Notes: generated from the letters alone by a model not told the origin. A stretch of 64,000 nt of DNA from an uncultured delta proteobacterium (GCA_963792965.1 CAWBYW010000016.1:1-64000), one strand, 5' to 3'; counted from the first letter of the stretch, positions 52,854 to 62,121 are shown. A program made the numbers and translations.

Positions 52854-53411
52854 ATGTCAATAAATAGGTTGGTCAGTATTACGCTGGTCTGTCTCATCGC
52901 GCTTGTCTCGCTCGGGACGGTGCTCGTTTTTGCGGCGGGCCGGCCGGCCGATGCCCCTTCTGTGTTGGTACTGGAAATCCTGTCGTCAAAGGATCTGAAC
53001 GGGACGGCCGGAGATTTCGTGACGGTAAAAGCGCGGATTACTAATAGAAGCGGTTATCCTATATCGGACGTAACTACCTATCTCTCGCTGGTCGATGCGG
53101 AAAATAAGCTCCCCGTCGATCTGGAGGATTGGAGCGTCGAAAGGGGTCTGTACATTGGAACCATCGGCCCTGGTCAAAGCTTTCCGCTGAACTGGAGGAT
53201 TCACTTCGTCAAAGCGGGCCGGTTTTCACTGGTGGTCATCGCCGACGAGGGGGACTCAGCCGTGCCGGTAGTAAGTGACATCACCCGTTTCACGGTTAAG
53301 CCGAAACGAAACCTCAACCCCGGGATGGTGCTCCCGGTCGCCCTCGGAACGCCCGTGCTGCTCGTCCTTCTCCTGTTTATCGTCAACGTCTCGCGAAAAA
53401 AGCGCCGATAG
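52854..53411 (+). CDS. Exported Ig/CARDB-like protein with C-terminal TM anchor (VDLEDWS motif)
   Basis: Signal peptide, beta-rich core PVDLEDWS...LNWRIHFVKAG.F, C-terminal hydrophobic helix followed by RKKRR. Confidence 0.7.
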   Translation: MSINRLVSITLVCLIALVSLGTVLVFAAGRPADAPSVLVLEILSSKDLNGTAGDFVTVKARITNRSGYPISDVTTYLSLVDAENKLPVDLEDWSVERGLYIGTIGPGQSFPLNWRIHFVKAGRFSLVVIADEGDSAVPVVSDITRFTVKPKRNLNPGMVLPVALGTPVLLVLLLFIVNVSRKKRR

Positions 53412-53456
53412 GCTTTGAACGCCACACCGCACACGGAGCGGCGACCTTTTATATCT

Positions 53457-54470
53457 CTACCTCAGCTTGATCGTCTTTCCCCCCTGCCGCATGGATTTGT
53501 CCCCCGCCGTCAGCACACGCACCACCTCAAGCCCCTGCCGTGCGTCCGAGGCCGGCCTCTTTTTGTTCATCACGCAATCGACGAAGTGCCGTATCTCCAC
53601 CATCAGCGGCTCCTGAGTGGGAACCAGCGGGATGTTGATGTCGCCGTGGCGAATCGAGATGCTCTCTACGAAATCGGCCGTCGCCTTCACCTGCGCCCCT
53701 TTGTCGTAGATCCGGATCTTTTCGTTTGCCTCCATGTCGTCGAAGACGAGCATCTTCTTGGAGCCGACGACGACCGCTTTTCGCTCCTTGTGGGGGTCAA
53801 GCCACGACACGTGTATCTGGGCCATCCTGTCGCCGGGGAAAAAGAGGGTCATAAAGGCGACGTCCTCCACCCGCTTGTTGAGATATGCGCTCCCGTTGAC
53901 GGTGATAGACTCGGGTGTCTCTCCCATAAGGAACAACACGATCGATATATCATGGGGGGCCAGCGACCAGAGGACGTTCTCGTCTTTTCTCACGACGCCC
54001 AGGTTAAGGCGCTTGGTGTACATGTAGTAAATTTCCCCGATCTCTCCCCGCGAGATGATATCGGAGATCATCGACGTCGCCGGATGGTAGATGAGGAGAT
54101 GCCCCACCATGAGGGGAGGCGCTCCGTCTCTTTCCGACATCTTGACCAGTCTCTCGGCGTCTTTAAGAGAAAGCGTCATCGGTTTTTCTACAAATACCGC
54201 CTTACCGGCCCCAAGAAACCGCTCGGCGAGCCCTGCGTGGGTCGGGGCCGGGGTGGCGATCAGCACGGCGTCGATATCCTGGCTCTTAACCACGATATCG
54301 GGATCATCGATAAAGTCGACGCCGGGATACTGCCCCGAGAGCGCCATGCGCCGCTCGGGGTTGATGTCGCATACGTATGCCAGGCGCACGGAGTCTATGC
54401 GCGCAAGCGTCCTGAGGATATTCGAACCCCACCCGCCTGCGCCGATCAGCGCGGTCTTAAGCTGCTGCAT
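53457..54470 (-). CDS. Gfo/Idh/MocA oxidoreductase (WlbA-like, nucleotide-sugar)
   Basis: IGAGGWG, IATP...H, VFVEKPM, VGHLL.YHPA, NVLWSLAPHD. Confidence 0.9.
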   Translation of the reverse strand: MQQLKTALIGAGGWGSNILRTLARIDSVRLAYVCDINPERRMALSGQYPGVDFIDDPDIVVKSQDIDAVLIATPAPTHAGLAERFLGAGKAVFVEKPMTLSLKDAERLVKMSERDGAPPLMVGHLLIYHPATSMISDIISRGEIGEIYYMYTKRLNLGVVRKDENVLWSLAPHDISIVLFLMGETPESITVNGSAYLNKRVEDVAFMTLFFPGDRMAQIHVSWLDPHKERKAVVVGSKKMLVFDDMEANEKIRIYDKGAQVKATADFVESISIRHGDINIPLVPTQEPLMVEIRHFVDCVMNKKRPASDARQGLEVVRVLTAGDKSMRQGGKTIKLR

Positions 54471-54471
54471 C

Positions 54472-55455
54472 TCACTCCCAATATTGAGTATGATATTTCC
54501 GGTAATAATCAACCGTCTTTTCGAGCCCCTCCGCAATGCCGGTCATCGGCTGCCACCCGACGATCCTCCTGATCTTGGTGATGTCGGAGTAGAAGTGCCC
54601 GGGCTCAAGGGCCGCCCGATCCGGGGTCGGCGGGACAAAGATCAGCTCGGCACCGGTGATCTCGGCGATTGCCTCGCACAGTTGCCGTATGGTCGTGGGG
54701 CTGTCCACCCCGACGTTGAACACCTCACCCACCGCGCCCGGAGCGGTCGCCGCAGCTATGATTGCGTCCACGCAATCCTCGATATAGAGGAAATCCCTGA
54801 TCATGCTGCCGTCCCCGAATATGGTGATCGGCTCCCCGGATAGGGCAAGCCGCACAAACCAGTTTACCACCCCGAATCGCGAGTGCTTCATCTGGCCGCG
54901 TGGTCCATAGGTGTTGGTGATGCGGAGCATTACGCCCGGTATCCCGTGGGTATCGTTGTAGGCCTTGACGATCTTCTCGGCGGTGAGGTTTGAGATCTCG
55001 TAGATGCCTTTGGGGTTGGTGGGGGTCTCCTCGTCAACGGGGAGCTTCGTCACGGAGCCGTACTCCCCCCGGGTGCCGGTGTAGATCACCTTCGCGCTTG
55101 GGTTATATTTTCTCAGCGCCTCCATGACAACCGTCGTCCCTTTGATGTTGATGTCTATGTCGGGGAAGGGGTCATTGAGGCTCATGACGTGGCAGACCTG
55201 GCCCGCCAGGTGAAAGACGTAGTCGACGTCTGCCGCCAGCAGGTTCATCGCGTTGACGTCCCGGATATCGGAGAAGTTAACCCGGACCCTGTCCTTGATC
55301 GGCTCGATGTTGAAGAGGTTTCCGCCGTAGTCCGGGAGCATCGCGTCGACGAGCGTCACGTGGGCCCCGAGGCCGACGAGCCGAATGGCGAGATTGCTCC
55401 CGGTGAACCCGAGCCCGCCGGTGATGAGGACGTTCTTGTCTTTAAACGTGTCCAT
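54472..55455 (-). CDS. NAD-dependent epimerase/dehydratase
   Basis: ITGGLGFTGS, HLAGQV.H, NTYGPR, IFGDG...RDFLY. Confidence 0.9.
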   Translation of the reverse strand: MDTFKDKNVLITGGLGFTGSNLAIRLVGLGAHVTLVDAMLPDYGGNLFNIEPIKDRVRVNFSDIRDVNAMNLLAADVDYVFHLAGQVCHVMSLNDPFPDIDINIKGTTVVMEALRKYNPSAKVIYTGTRGEYGSVTKLPVDEETPTNPKGIYEISNLTAEKIVKAYNDTHGIPGVMLRITNTYGPRGQMKHSRFGVVNWFVRLALSGEPITIFGDGSMIRDFLYIEDCVDAIIAAATAPGAVGEVFNVGVDSPTTIRQLCEAIAEITGAELIFVPPTPDRAALEPGHFYSDITKIRRIVGWQPMTGIAEGLEKTVDYYRKYHTQYWE

Positions 55456-55465
55456 GCCCGAGCGG

Positions 55466-56032
55466 TCATCCCCTCTCGATACGGTAGCGCCTTCTCCCCT
55501 CGGCGAAAATGTCGTTGCCCAGACAGTCCATCGCAACGATCGCGGGAAAATCGCGGACGACGAGCTCCCTCACCGCCTCAGGTCCCAGGTCTTCCAGCGC
55601 GATCACCCGGGCGGCCGTGATAGAGCGCGCCAGCAACGCGCCGACGCCCCCGGTGGCCGCAAAATAAACAGCGGTGTGATCCATGAGGGCCTGTCTGAGT
55701 TCAGGTGTTCGATCGCCCTTCCCAATCGTCCCTTTGACGCCCAGCGAGTGAAGCCGGGGGGCAAACGAGTCCATCCGGCGCGCAGTCGTGGGGCCGGCCG
55801 ATCCGATCACGGAGCCGGGTGGCGCCGGCGTCGGCCCAACATAATAGATTACGGCGCCAAAGGGGTCAAACGGGAGCGGCTTTCCCCGATCGAGGAGCTC
55901 AATGAACCGGCGGTGTGCGGCGTCCCGCGCCGCATAGACGATCCCGGATATTGCGACGAGCGTGCCGGCCGTCAGCTTTCTGACGACCTCATCCGAAAGC
56001 GGTGTTTTTACGGAAACGATATTCTCGCCCAC
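55466..56032 (-). CDS. Fe-S hydro-lyase beta subunit (fumarate hydratase class I C-terminal / TtdB family)
   Basis: ARDAAHRR, YYVGP.P.PPG.VIGSAGPTT..RMD, IGKG, DLGPEA. Confidence 0.92.
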   Translation of the reverse strand: MGENIVSVKTPLSDEVVRKLTAGTLVAISGIVYAARDAAHRRFIELLDRGKPLPFDPFGAVIYYVGPTPAPPGSVIGSAGPTTARRMDSFAPRLHSLGVKGTIGKGDRTPELRQALMDHTAVYFAATGGVGALLARSITAARVIALEDLGPEAVRELVVRDFPAIVAMDCLGNDIFAEGRRRYRIERG

Positions 56033-56210
56033 TGGACCGGTTCCCCCGCCAAAAACGGCTTGTTTAGCGTATCATACTCCGTAAGAAAAGACAATCCCCG
56101 ATCGTTGAGCGGTGCGGCTTGGTAGAAGACGTTCTCCAGCACAAGTACGACCCGATCGTTTTCGGCTGGGTCAAGTGATCGTTCATGGTGACCTCCTGAG
56201 GCCGTACGCC

Positions 56211-56269
56211 GGCTAACGATTGAACTATACGGCGCGGCCCTTTGCGTCCGCAGCAGTGAATGGTTAGGC
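56211..56269 (-). mobile_element. Integron attC site (59-bp element)
   Basis: Minus strand GCCTAAC-CATTC-ACTG(C)TGCGG(A)CGC...GCG-CCGTA-TAGT-TCAATC-GTTAGCC: R'' matches RYYYAAC and overlaps the upstream gene's TAA; two unpaired bases (G and T on the opposite strand). Confidence 0.8.
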
Positions 56270-57022
56270 CATCCCAACGCCAGAGACAACCATGCGATAC
56301 CCAAAGTCGGTTTCATTTTTTTCAAGAAGATCGGCATATCTCTCGTGCCACAGACCGGTAGATATATCGGTCTTCAAGCGATCCAGCCCTTCTTCAACAT
56401 CATGGACTCTCGAAAACGTTGAAATGGCGCTCCTGACTCCTTCATCGAGGTAAGCCTCGGGACGGCGCCAATAAGCACACAAAAACCCGTCAGTACAATC
56501 ATGCGGTATTGGCACCACGACAGACCGAACAGGACCTATCCAGGATGACAGCTGTTTTATTGACGGGAACATCGATTCATCGATCGACTTAATCTGGGGC
56601 AGATAGTCTAAAAGCCAGAAGTGGGAGGCAAACCCGATCCATGTCAGCAGGATTATCTTCCCCTTTGCGACCCGCAGTGCCTCTTTCAGGCCTCTTTCGA
56701 CGTCTGACCAATGATGAATTGTCAGAATAGCCATGGCACAGTCGAATGTGTCTTGCCGGAAAGGAAGAGCCTCTGCGCGGGCACAAACGATAGCGGCCTT
56801 GTGCTTCCTTCGCTGGTCAATCATCACCCGAGACGGTTCAACTGCAGTCACCTCTCTATCATTAGGTTCATAAGAGCCCACTCCGGCACCAATGTTCACA
56901 ATTGCGCGAGCATCGGCGAGTTCCCGGGAGAGAACAGCTATAATTCTATTATCAGGCAACCGATAGTCGCGATATTGCTTTCCGATGCTGTCGTACAGAA
57001 CTGTTGCCATCGGGAACTCCAT
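56264..57022 (-). CDS. Class I SAM-dependent methyltransferase (gene cassette)
   Basis: NIGAGVGSYEP, AVEPS..M, AEALPF, TIHHW, IPHDCTDGF..AYWRRPEAYL; flanked by attC-like sites. Confidence 0.9.
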   Translation of the reverse strand: MEFPMATVLYDSIGKQYRDYRLPDNRIIAVLSRELADARAIVNIGAGVGSYEPNDREVTAVEPSRVMIDQRRKHKAAIVCARAEALPFRQDTFDCAMAILTIHHWSDVERGLKEALRVAKGKIILLTWIGFASHFWLLDYLPQIKSIDESMFPSIKQLSSWIGPVRSVVVPIPHDCTDGFLCAYWRRPEAYLDEGVRSAISTFSRVHDVEEGLDRLKTDISTGLWHERYADLLEKNETDFGYRMVVSGVGMA

Positions 57023-57030
57023 TTCGGGAT

Positions 57031-57095
57031 GCCTGACGTTTACATAACGTGCGGCGCGGCTTGTCCGCAGAGTTACGTTGAAGCGATTGTTGGAT
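57031..57095 (-). mobile_element. Degenerate integron attC site (65 bp)
   Basis: Minus strand ATCCAAC-AATCG-CTTCAAC...TGCGG...CCGCA-CGTTATG-TAAAC-GTCAGGC; R' GTCAGGC is complementary (1 mismatch) to R'' GCCTAAC of the downstream attC. Confidence 0.68.
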
Positions 57096-57103
57096 ATTTT
57101 CCC

Positions 57104-57619
57104 CTAAACTAAATACGCGAGACTGCTATAGTCGTTTTCTATTCCCAACATTTCCAAGTATATGGATATCATACCTCTGTGATGTGTCTGATGGTTAAAC
57201 ATATTGAGGACTAATCCGCCAAAACTGCGATTATGTTCCGTTCCCCTCAGATCCGTATATTTTAAATCCCGTTCCAGATCGGCTTCCGTTATCTCATTTA
57301 TAAACCTAATGATGAGCTTATCCAGATATTCTCTTTTAGATAGATATTCTTTTTGGGTTTCGAATGCATCCGCTCCAAAAGCTATTTCATTTAGAAATAC
57401 TCTGTCCGTTATATACTGAAAATCTCGCAATTTGCTGAAACGCTTTAACCAATTGAAATCTGCGACATAGATATGGTTACACATCTTAAAGATACTGGGG
57501 AAGAAGGTATTAAAATTACGATTCCACTGACTCTCATCCAATTGAGAGATAAATCTATTCATTTCACTATTTGTCTTTTCATTATACGTGGCTAAGAGCC
57601 GAACAGTATTGGTATCCAT
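57104..57619 (-). CDS. DinB family protein (gene cassette)
   Basis: LATYN, FFPSI...NHI..AD..WL.RF, MFNHQTHHRG; AT-rich. Confidence 0.9.
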   Translation of the reverse strand: MDTNTVRLLATYNEKTNSEMNRFISQLDESQWNRNFNTFFPSIFKMCNHIYVADFNWLKRFSKLRDFQYITDRVFLNEIAFGADAFETQKEYLSKREYLDKLIIRFINEITEADLERDLKYTDLRGTEHNRSFGGLVLNMFNHQTHHRGMISIYLEMLGIENDYSSLAYLV

Positions 57620-57805
57620 TTGTTCTTCACTCCTTCGCAGATAGTCTTGATGTTTTAAGGGGCGCGATAGCGTCCAGCTAAAGCCCATCGACCGGACTGC
57701 GAACGGCCGCCGGGCCACGGTTGAGGGCGAGGGTGCGTATCGGTTCGGCGAACGGCTTCCGGCGCATCCATTGCGCGAGTCCCAGGGGCCGCCGGTTTCT
57801 ACCGC

Positions 57806-58240
57806 CTATTTCTTTTCGGCCCGCGCCTTCAGCGCCTTATTCATTGCCAGGAAGCCATTTCGCGTCTTGGTTTCGAGCATCTTCCGAAGAAAAGGGACGA
57901 GGATTCCGCGGAAACGCTCCCGCTGAACGAAAAGCACCGAGCTCCCACCCGCCGGCTCGATAGTAAAGATATGCTCCCCGTCGAAAAGCCCTCCGACGAA
58001 GAGCTTGCCTTTCCATCTGAGCTCGCGGTTGGGCCTTACCCTCAGTACCTTCGGGGTGAAACGCGCGGGCTTGCCGCCCGGCTGCGTCATCGTTACATCG
58101 AGGCGGGAACCGACCCTCAGCTCTCCGATGATCCTGCTGATAAACGGATTCCACGAGGGATATGCGTCAAAATCGGTGAGTATTTCCCAGACGTGGGGGG
58201 GCCGCGCCTTGATTTCGATTTCAGTTGTGATCTCCCTCAT
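57806..58240 (-). CDS. SRPBCC (polyketide cyclase-like) protein
   Basis: VWEILTDFDAYPSWNPFI, LRWKG, FDGEHIF, MNKALKARAE. Confidence 0.88.
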   Translation of the reverse strand: MREITTEIEIKARPPHVWEILTDFDAYPSWNPFISRIIGELRVGSRLDVTMTQPGGKPARFTPKVLRVRPNRELRWKGKLFVGGLFDGEHIFTIEPAGGSSVLFVQRERFRGILVPFLRKMLETKTRNGFLAMNKALKARAEKK

Positions 58241-58666
58241 CGCTCTGTCCTCCGTTTTTTCTCTGCGTTTCCGCCGGTTCATGGGCGGGCGCCTTTAGGT
58301 AAACTCATCCGCCGACGAAAAAGCCCCAAGAAACGGCGTCTTCTTGGGGCTTCCGGCACGATACATCCGAAATCCCAAACGGACACGAACATCCAAAAGC
58401 ACGCTATCGTCTCGGCGTTCTAAAGGAGATGTCGCATGACACATAAGGGGTTCTCTTGTGCACGCCCCGCCTAAAACGAAATCCCGGGTGAGTGCCGACT
58501 CACCGGCAAGCCGCACCCGCCGGTGAGTCCGGTCTGTGTCTTCTCAATAAGTCTGTTGGGGATGCGAGTCTTCAGTTGAGATAAGCGTTCACTTTTGCCC
58601 TGACCCGCGCGAGACTGCGTTTCATCTCGCCGGCTTTCCCTCCGAAAACGAAGTTTCCCAGGGGTA

Positions 58667-59059
58667 CTACGCGAGGGCGATCTTCTTGCTCGACTCCCAG
58701 AGTCCGTGGATGTTACACAGGGCTACGGCGTGGAGCGTCCCGGGCTTGTTGGTCTTGAACGAGAACGTGGCCTCATGGTTGGTGTAGACGGGCCCCTGAT
58801 TGGCGCCGGCCACGGCCTCGCCGTGCGCGTTGAATTCGAAGCGTCCCAACTCGTAGATATATTTATCGTCGTCAGGGGAGAAGAAACACTGAATCCACCT
58901 GATGTGGTGCTCGGTGGTGTTGGGATGCGCGACGGCCTTCCCGAGGGAGACCGTTACTTTCACGAATTCATCCGCCTTGACTTTGTCGGGACAATCGATA
59001 ACGGGGACGTGCTTTTCCTTTTGCCAATCGGCCTCTTGGATCTTTTCGGATATGCGCAT
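58667..59059 (-). CDS. Superoxide reductase (1Fe-SOR/neelaredoxin)
   Basis: EKHVP, HPNTTEHHIRWI, CNIHGLWE iron ligands. Confidence 0.93.
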   Translation of the reverse strand: MRISEKIQEADWQKEKHVPVIDCPDKVKADEFVKVTVSLGKAVAHPNTTEHHIRWIQCFFSPDDDKYIYELGRFEFNAHGEAVAGANQGPVYTNHEATFSFKTNKPGTLHAVALCNIHGLWESSKKIALA

Positions 59060-59090
59060 GGGTTCCTCCAGATATGAATGGATAAGAAAA

Positions 59091-59122
59091 AACACCGGTT
59101 TTTTAATTATTATACCGGTGTT
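59091..59122. promoter_or_regulatory. Inverted repeat enclosing a -10 box upstream of SOR
   Basis: AACACCGGT-N14-ACCGGTGTT; the minus strand reads AACACCGG-TATAAT-AATTAAAAAACCGGTGTT. Confidence 0.5.
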
Positions 59123-59338
59123 TATCCGAAAAGAAAAGGGCCGCCCTTCACTTTTTTGGCTTCGTTTGATACGTCGTGAGCTCTCCTGATGACAAAATAG
59201 CGGACCGCGGGGGCTCCATCTCGAGACGTGGCAGAGATGTACCGTTCTGGCATATGGCCCGGATCGAGGATGATGAGCGTGCGTCCACCGGCGGACTCAT
59301 CGAATATGCGGCGTACCGGAAGCGATATGCGCCGCCCG

Positions 59339-60367
59339 TTATGACGGATCGGGAAGGCCAAACAGCGCCTTCGCGTTGAGGCCGAGGATCTTTTCCTGGT
59401 CGGGTGCCGAGAGCCCAAGCTCGTTTGTGATGATGTCGATGTGTTCCTTCGGGCTGATCGGGACCGGGCCATAATCCGTTCCCAACAGAACGTGATCGAT
59501 GCCGAAGACCTCGATGGCGTGTCGAATGCCGGCGGGGTCAAAGCCCATGGTGTCGACCCACAGGTTGTGTCTGACGTACTCGATCGGGTCTTTTTCGTTT
59601 TTCGGCTTCTGGTAATTCAGGAAGCCGTCATAGCCGAGCCGGTCGCCGAACCGAAGCCTGGGCAGGCACATGGTAAAACCGCCTCCCATGTGGGCCAGGA
59701 CCAGCCTGACGTTCGGGAATCGGTCAAAGAGCCCCGTCATGATCATCAGCGAGACGCACAGCGCCGTGTCGGCGGGGCGGCCGACGGTCTCCTCGAATTT
59801 ATACCGGTCCATCCACTCCCAGCCGTAGGGGAGAAAGCCGGGATGCAGGTAGACCGGTATCCCTCTGTCGTTGACGAATTCCCAGAAGCGATAGGTTGCC
59901 GCCGTATGGCTGTAGACGAGGTCGGTCGTCCCGTAGCTCGTGTCGACGGCAAGGCCCAAAAAGCCGAGCTCATCGACACACCGTCGGGCCTCCCGCACCG
60001 CCTTCCTCCCGTCGTGAGGCTTCACGGTGCCGTAGGGGAAGACGAGATCGGGATAGTCGTCCCGGATCCGGGCCATCGCGTCGTTATGCGCCCGGGCGAC
60101 GGCGATCGTCTGCATATCCAAGAGCTCCCCGCCCATGGTGACGATCATCGCCTGGTGGAGCATGACGTGGGTGAGCCCCGCCTCCCTGCAGACCCGCATA
60201 TGGAGGTCGACGTCGATAAAATCCTCCTCGCTTTTGTAGGAGACGCCGCGCCAGCGGACGACCGGGGCGCCGCTGGAGAAATCGAGCACGCCCGATCCGG
60301 TAGCGACCTCCGCCAACTCCCGCGGCAGCACGTGATTCTGCACATCGACGATGATTTGTTTTTTCAT
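59339..60367 (-). CDS. Amidohydrolase_2 family protein (ACMSD-like)
   Basis: VDVQNH, PVYLHP, GLFDRFPN..LVLAHMGG, LLGTDYG, KILGLNA. Confidence 0.88.
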   Translation of the reverse strand: MKKQIIVDVQNHVLPRELAEVATGSGVLDFSSGAPVVRWRGVSYKSEEDFIDVDLHMRVCREAGLTHVMLHQAMIVTMGGELLDMQTIAVARAHNDAMARIRDDYPDLVFPYGTVKPHDGRKAVREARRCVDELGFLGLAVDTSYGTTDLVYSHTAATYRFWEFVNDRGIPVYLHPGFLPYGWEWMDRYKFEETVGRPADTALCVSLMIMTGLFDRFPNVRLVLAHMGGGFTMCLPRLRFGDRLGYDGFLNYQKPKNEKDPIEYVRHNLWVDTMGFDPAGIRHAIEVFGIDHVLLGTDYGPVPISPKEHIDIITNELGLSAPDQEKILGLNAKALFGLPDPS

Positions 60368-60427
60368 GGGTATGATCCTCAATAATTTAGGTGGACAGGA
60401 AACGTACTGAGAATCATTGCATTTGCG

Positions 60428-61868
60428 TTAGAGACTTGGAATTGCTGGGAATACTACGATTTCACCTTCCGTATTCTTTATCGCTTCTCGACACTTTCGA
60501 GCAAATTCTGGATCATCATTCTCCTTGAGATACACGTGCGACAAGAAAAGAGATCGGGGGTTCTTACTAATGCAATTTTTGATAATTTTGCTGTTGTAAT
60601 ACATTTAGTCGTAAAGAAATCTATCTCTTCCTCAAGTGGCCTCAGTCGAAAGGCGTTATCCAAAGAGTGACCCCTTTGGCGTATTCATTAGTATCTTCCT
60701 TATTAAAGTCCTCATCGAGGTTCGTCCTGAGCTGTCTGATTTTTTCTACGGCTATCGCGCTATTATCCTTACCTTCTGCTTCCCCAAGAAACCTTCCCTC
60801 CGGGCCTGTAAAGATTGAATCAAACTCTGAGGACTCGTCTGCGTAGTTATCGGCCATAAAACCGAGTATTTTTAGAGCCTCAATAACCGACAATTCTAGA
60901 GGCTTTCCTGTTTCGTATAGCAGTCTCTTTAGATTCGTCTCTCTGTCTATCTCCCCCTCTAACACTTGAATTCTACTTCTTATCCCATTTATTCTCATTT
61001 GGAATTCTGCTATTGCCTTTTCCTCCCTATCTATCTCTTGGACGATCCTCAATTCACTTATCAGTTCATAGTCTTCTGACGAAACCCAAACCGGTTGTGT
61101 TGTATTCCGATCATTTAAATGCAGTAGCTTGTGGATTTCTAAGAGATTTGATCTTAATATTCTTCCGACTTCCACCGCTTTCTCGTAATCTACCGGCCTG
61201 TCTTCGTACGGATCGTATCCTACTATCTCATCTTCAATGTCACGAAGCATCGGCAGAAAAACAAAACAGCCCTTTCCAATTCTTTTGTAGCCACCTAGCA
61301 CCTTCTTGGTATCTTTAGTAGTGAGCAGTGGCTCTATAGTAGCTTTTTCTATATAGATCTCACTCTCAGTCCACGGTCCGAAACTATCCCAGTAGCTGTT
61401 TATAATTTGTGAATCCTTTACTTTTAAGATTTCCTTGGCGCTCTTAGGAACTATATTTCCTATCGAAATTGGTAAGATATCATAATTAGAGAATATCTTT
61501 GATTCGAAAGGATCATTGATAAAATGACCAATATATGGATGGTTTCTTTTAACATCCTTATGAATAAATACCTCTTGGATTTTAGATAAAAAAACGATTA
61601 TTGTTTTTCCTGATTTAATCGCCTCTTCAATTTCAGATTTCCACTGATAACAATCCTCCAAGAGTTCTACCGAGCTATTTATGCTAAGCTGAGGCTTAGC
61701 GCTGCTTGCCATTCCTATTTCCCTCGAACTTGTAAAATATGGGTAGATATCCGGCTGAAAAACAATTATATCCCCATCAAGTAAAGACTGGTTCGATTCT
61801 AAAGAATGGCTCTCTATAACCTCTCCCGGCCACTCAAAACCTATAGAAATTATCTTCTTCTCGGCCAT
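60428..61868 (-). CDS. AT-rich hypothetical protein with coiled coil and putative PD-(D/E)xK-like C-terminal domain; frameshifts near 60660 and 60540
   Basis: LYETGKPLE..VIEAL..LGF...SEFD.IF...GRFLGEAEGKD; the tail continues in other frames as NAFRL...IALVRTPDLF and YLKENDDPEFARKCREAI...VFPAIPSL*. Confidence 0.65.
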
Positions 61869-61995
61869 TCCTTTTCTCTTTGCTTGCTTTGTAGTTGTTT
61901 TATTATATAAGTAACACAAAATAAGACACCATGTCAAGGCGGCATCGTAACAGCCCGAGGCTCGCGCCCCCCATATGGAAGGCAACGACACCATT

Positions 61996-62121
61996 CCGTC
62001 ATTGCGAGGAGCGAAGCGACGTGGCAATCCCCTGACTATTGAGAAGGAACGCCTTTTCAACCTGCGTTCTTACGTGTAATATGGGGATCGCCACGCCCCC
62101 TTCGGGGGCTCGCGATGACGG
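61996..62121. repeat. REP/RPE-like palindromic element
   Basis: CCGTCATTGCGAGGAGCGAAGCGACGTGGCAATCCCC ... GGGGATCGCCACG-CCCCCTTCGGGGG-CTCGCGATGACGG: imperfect inverted arms. Confidence 0.75.

Noticed and set aside
60420-60435. attC site after the 60.4-kb gene (stop within CTCTAAC)
   Set aside because: No matching L boxes or GTTRRRY downstream.
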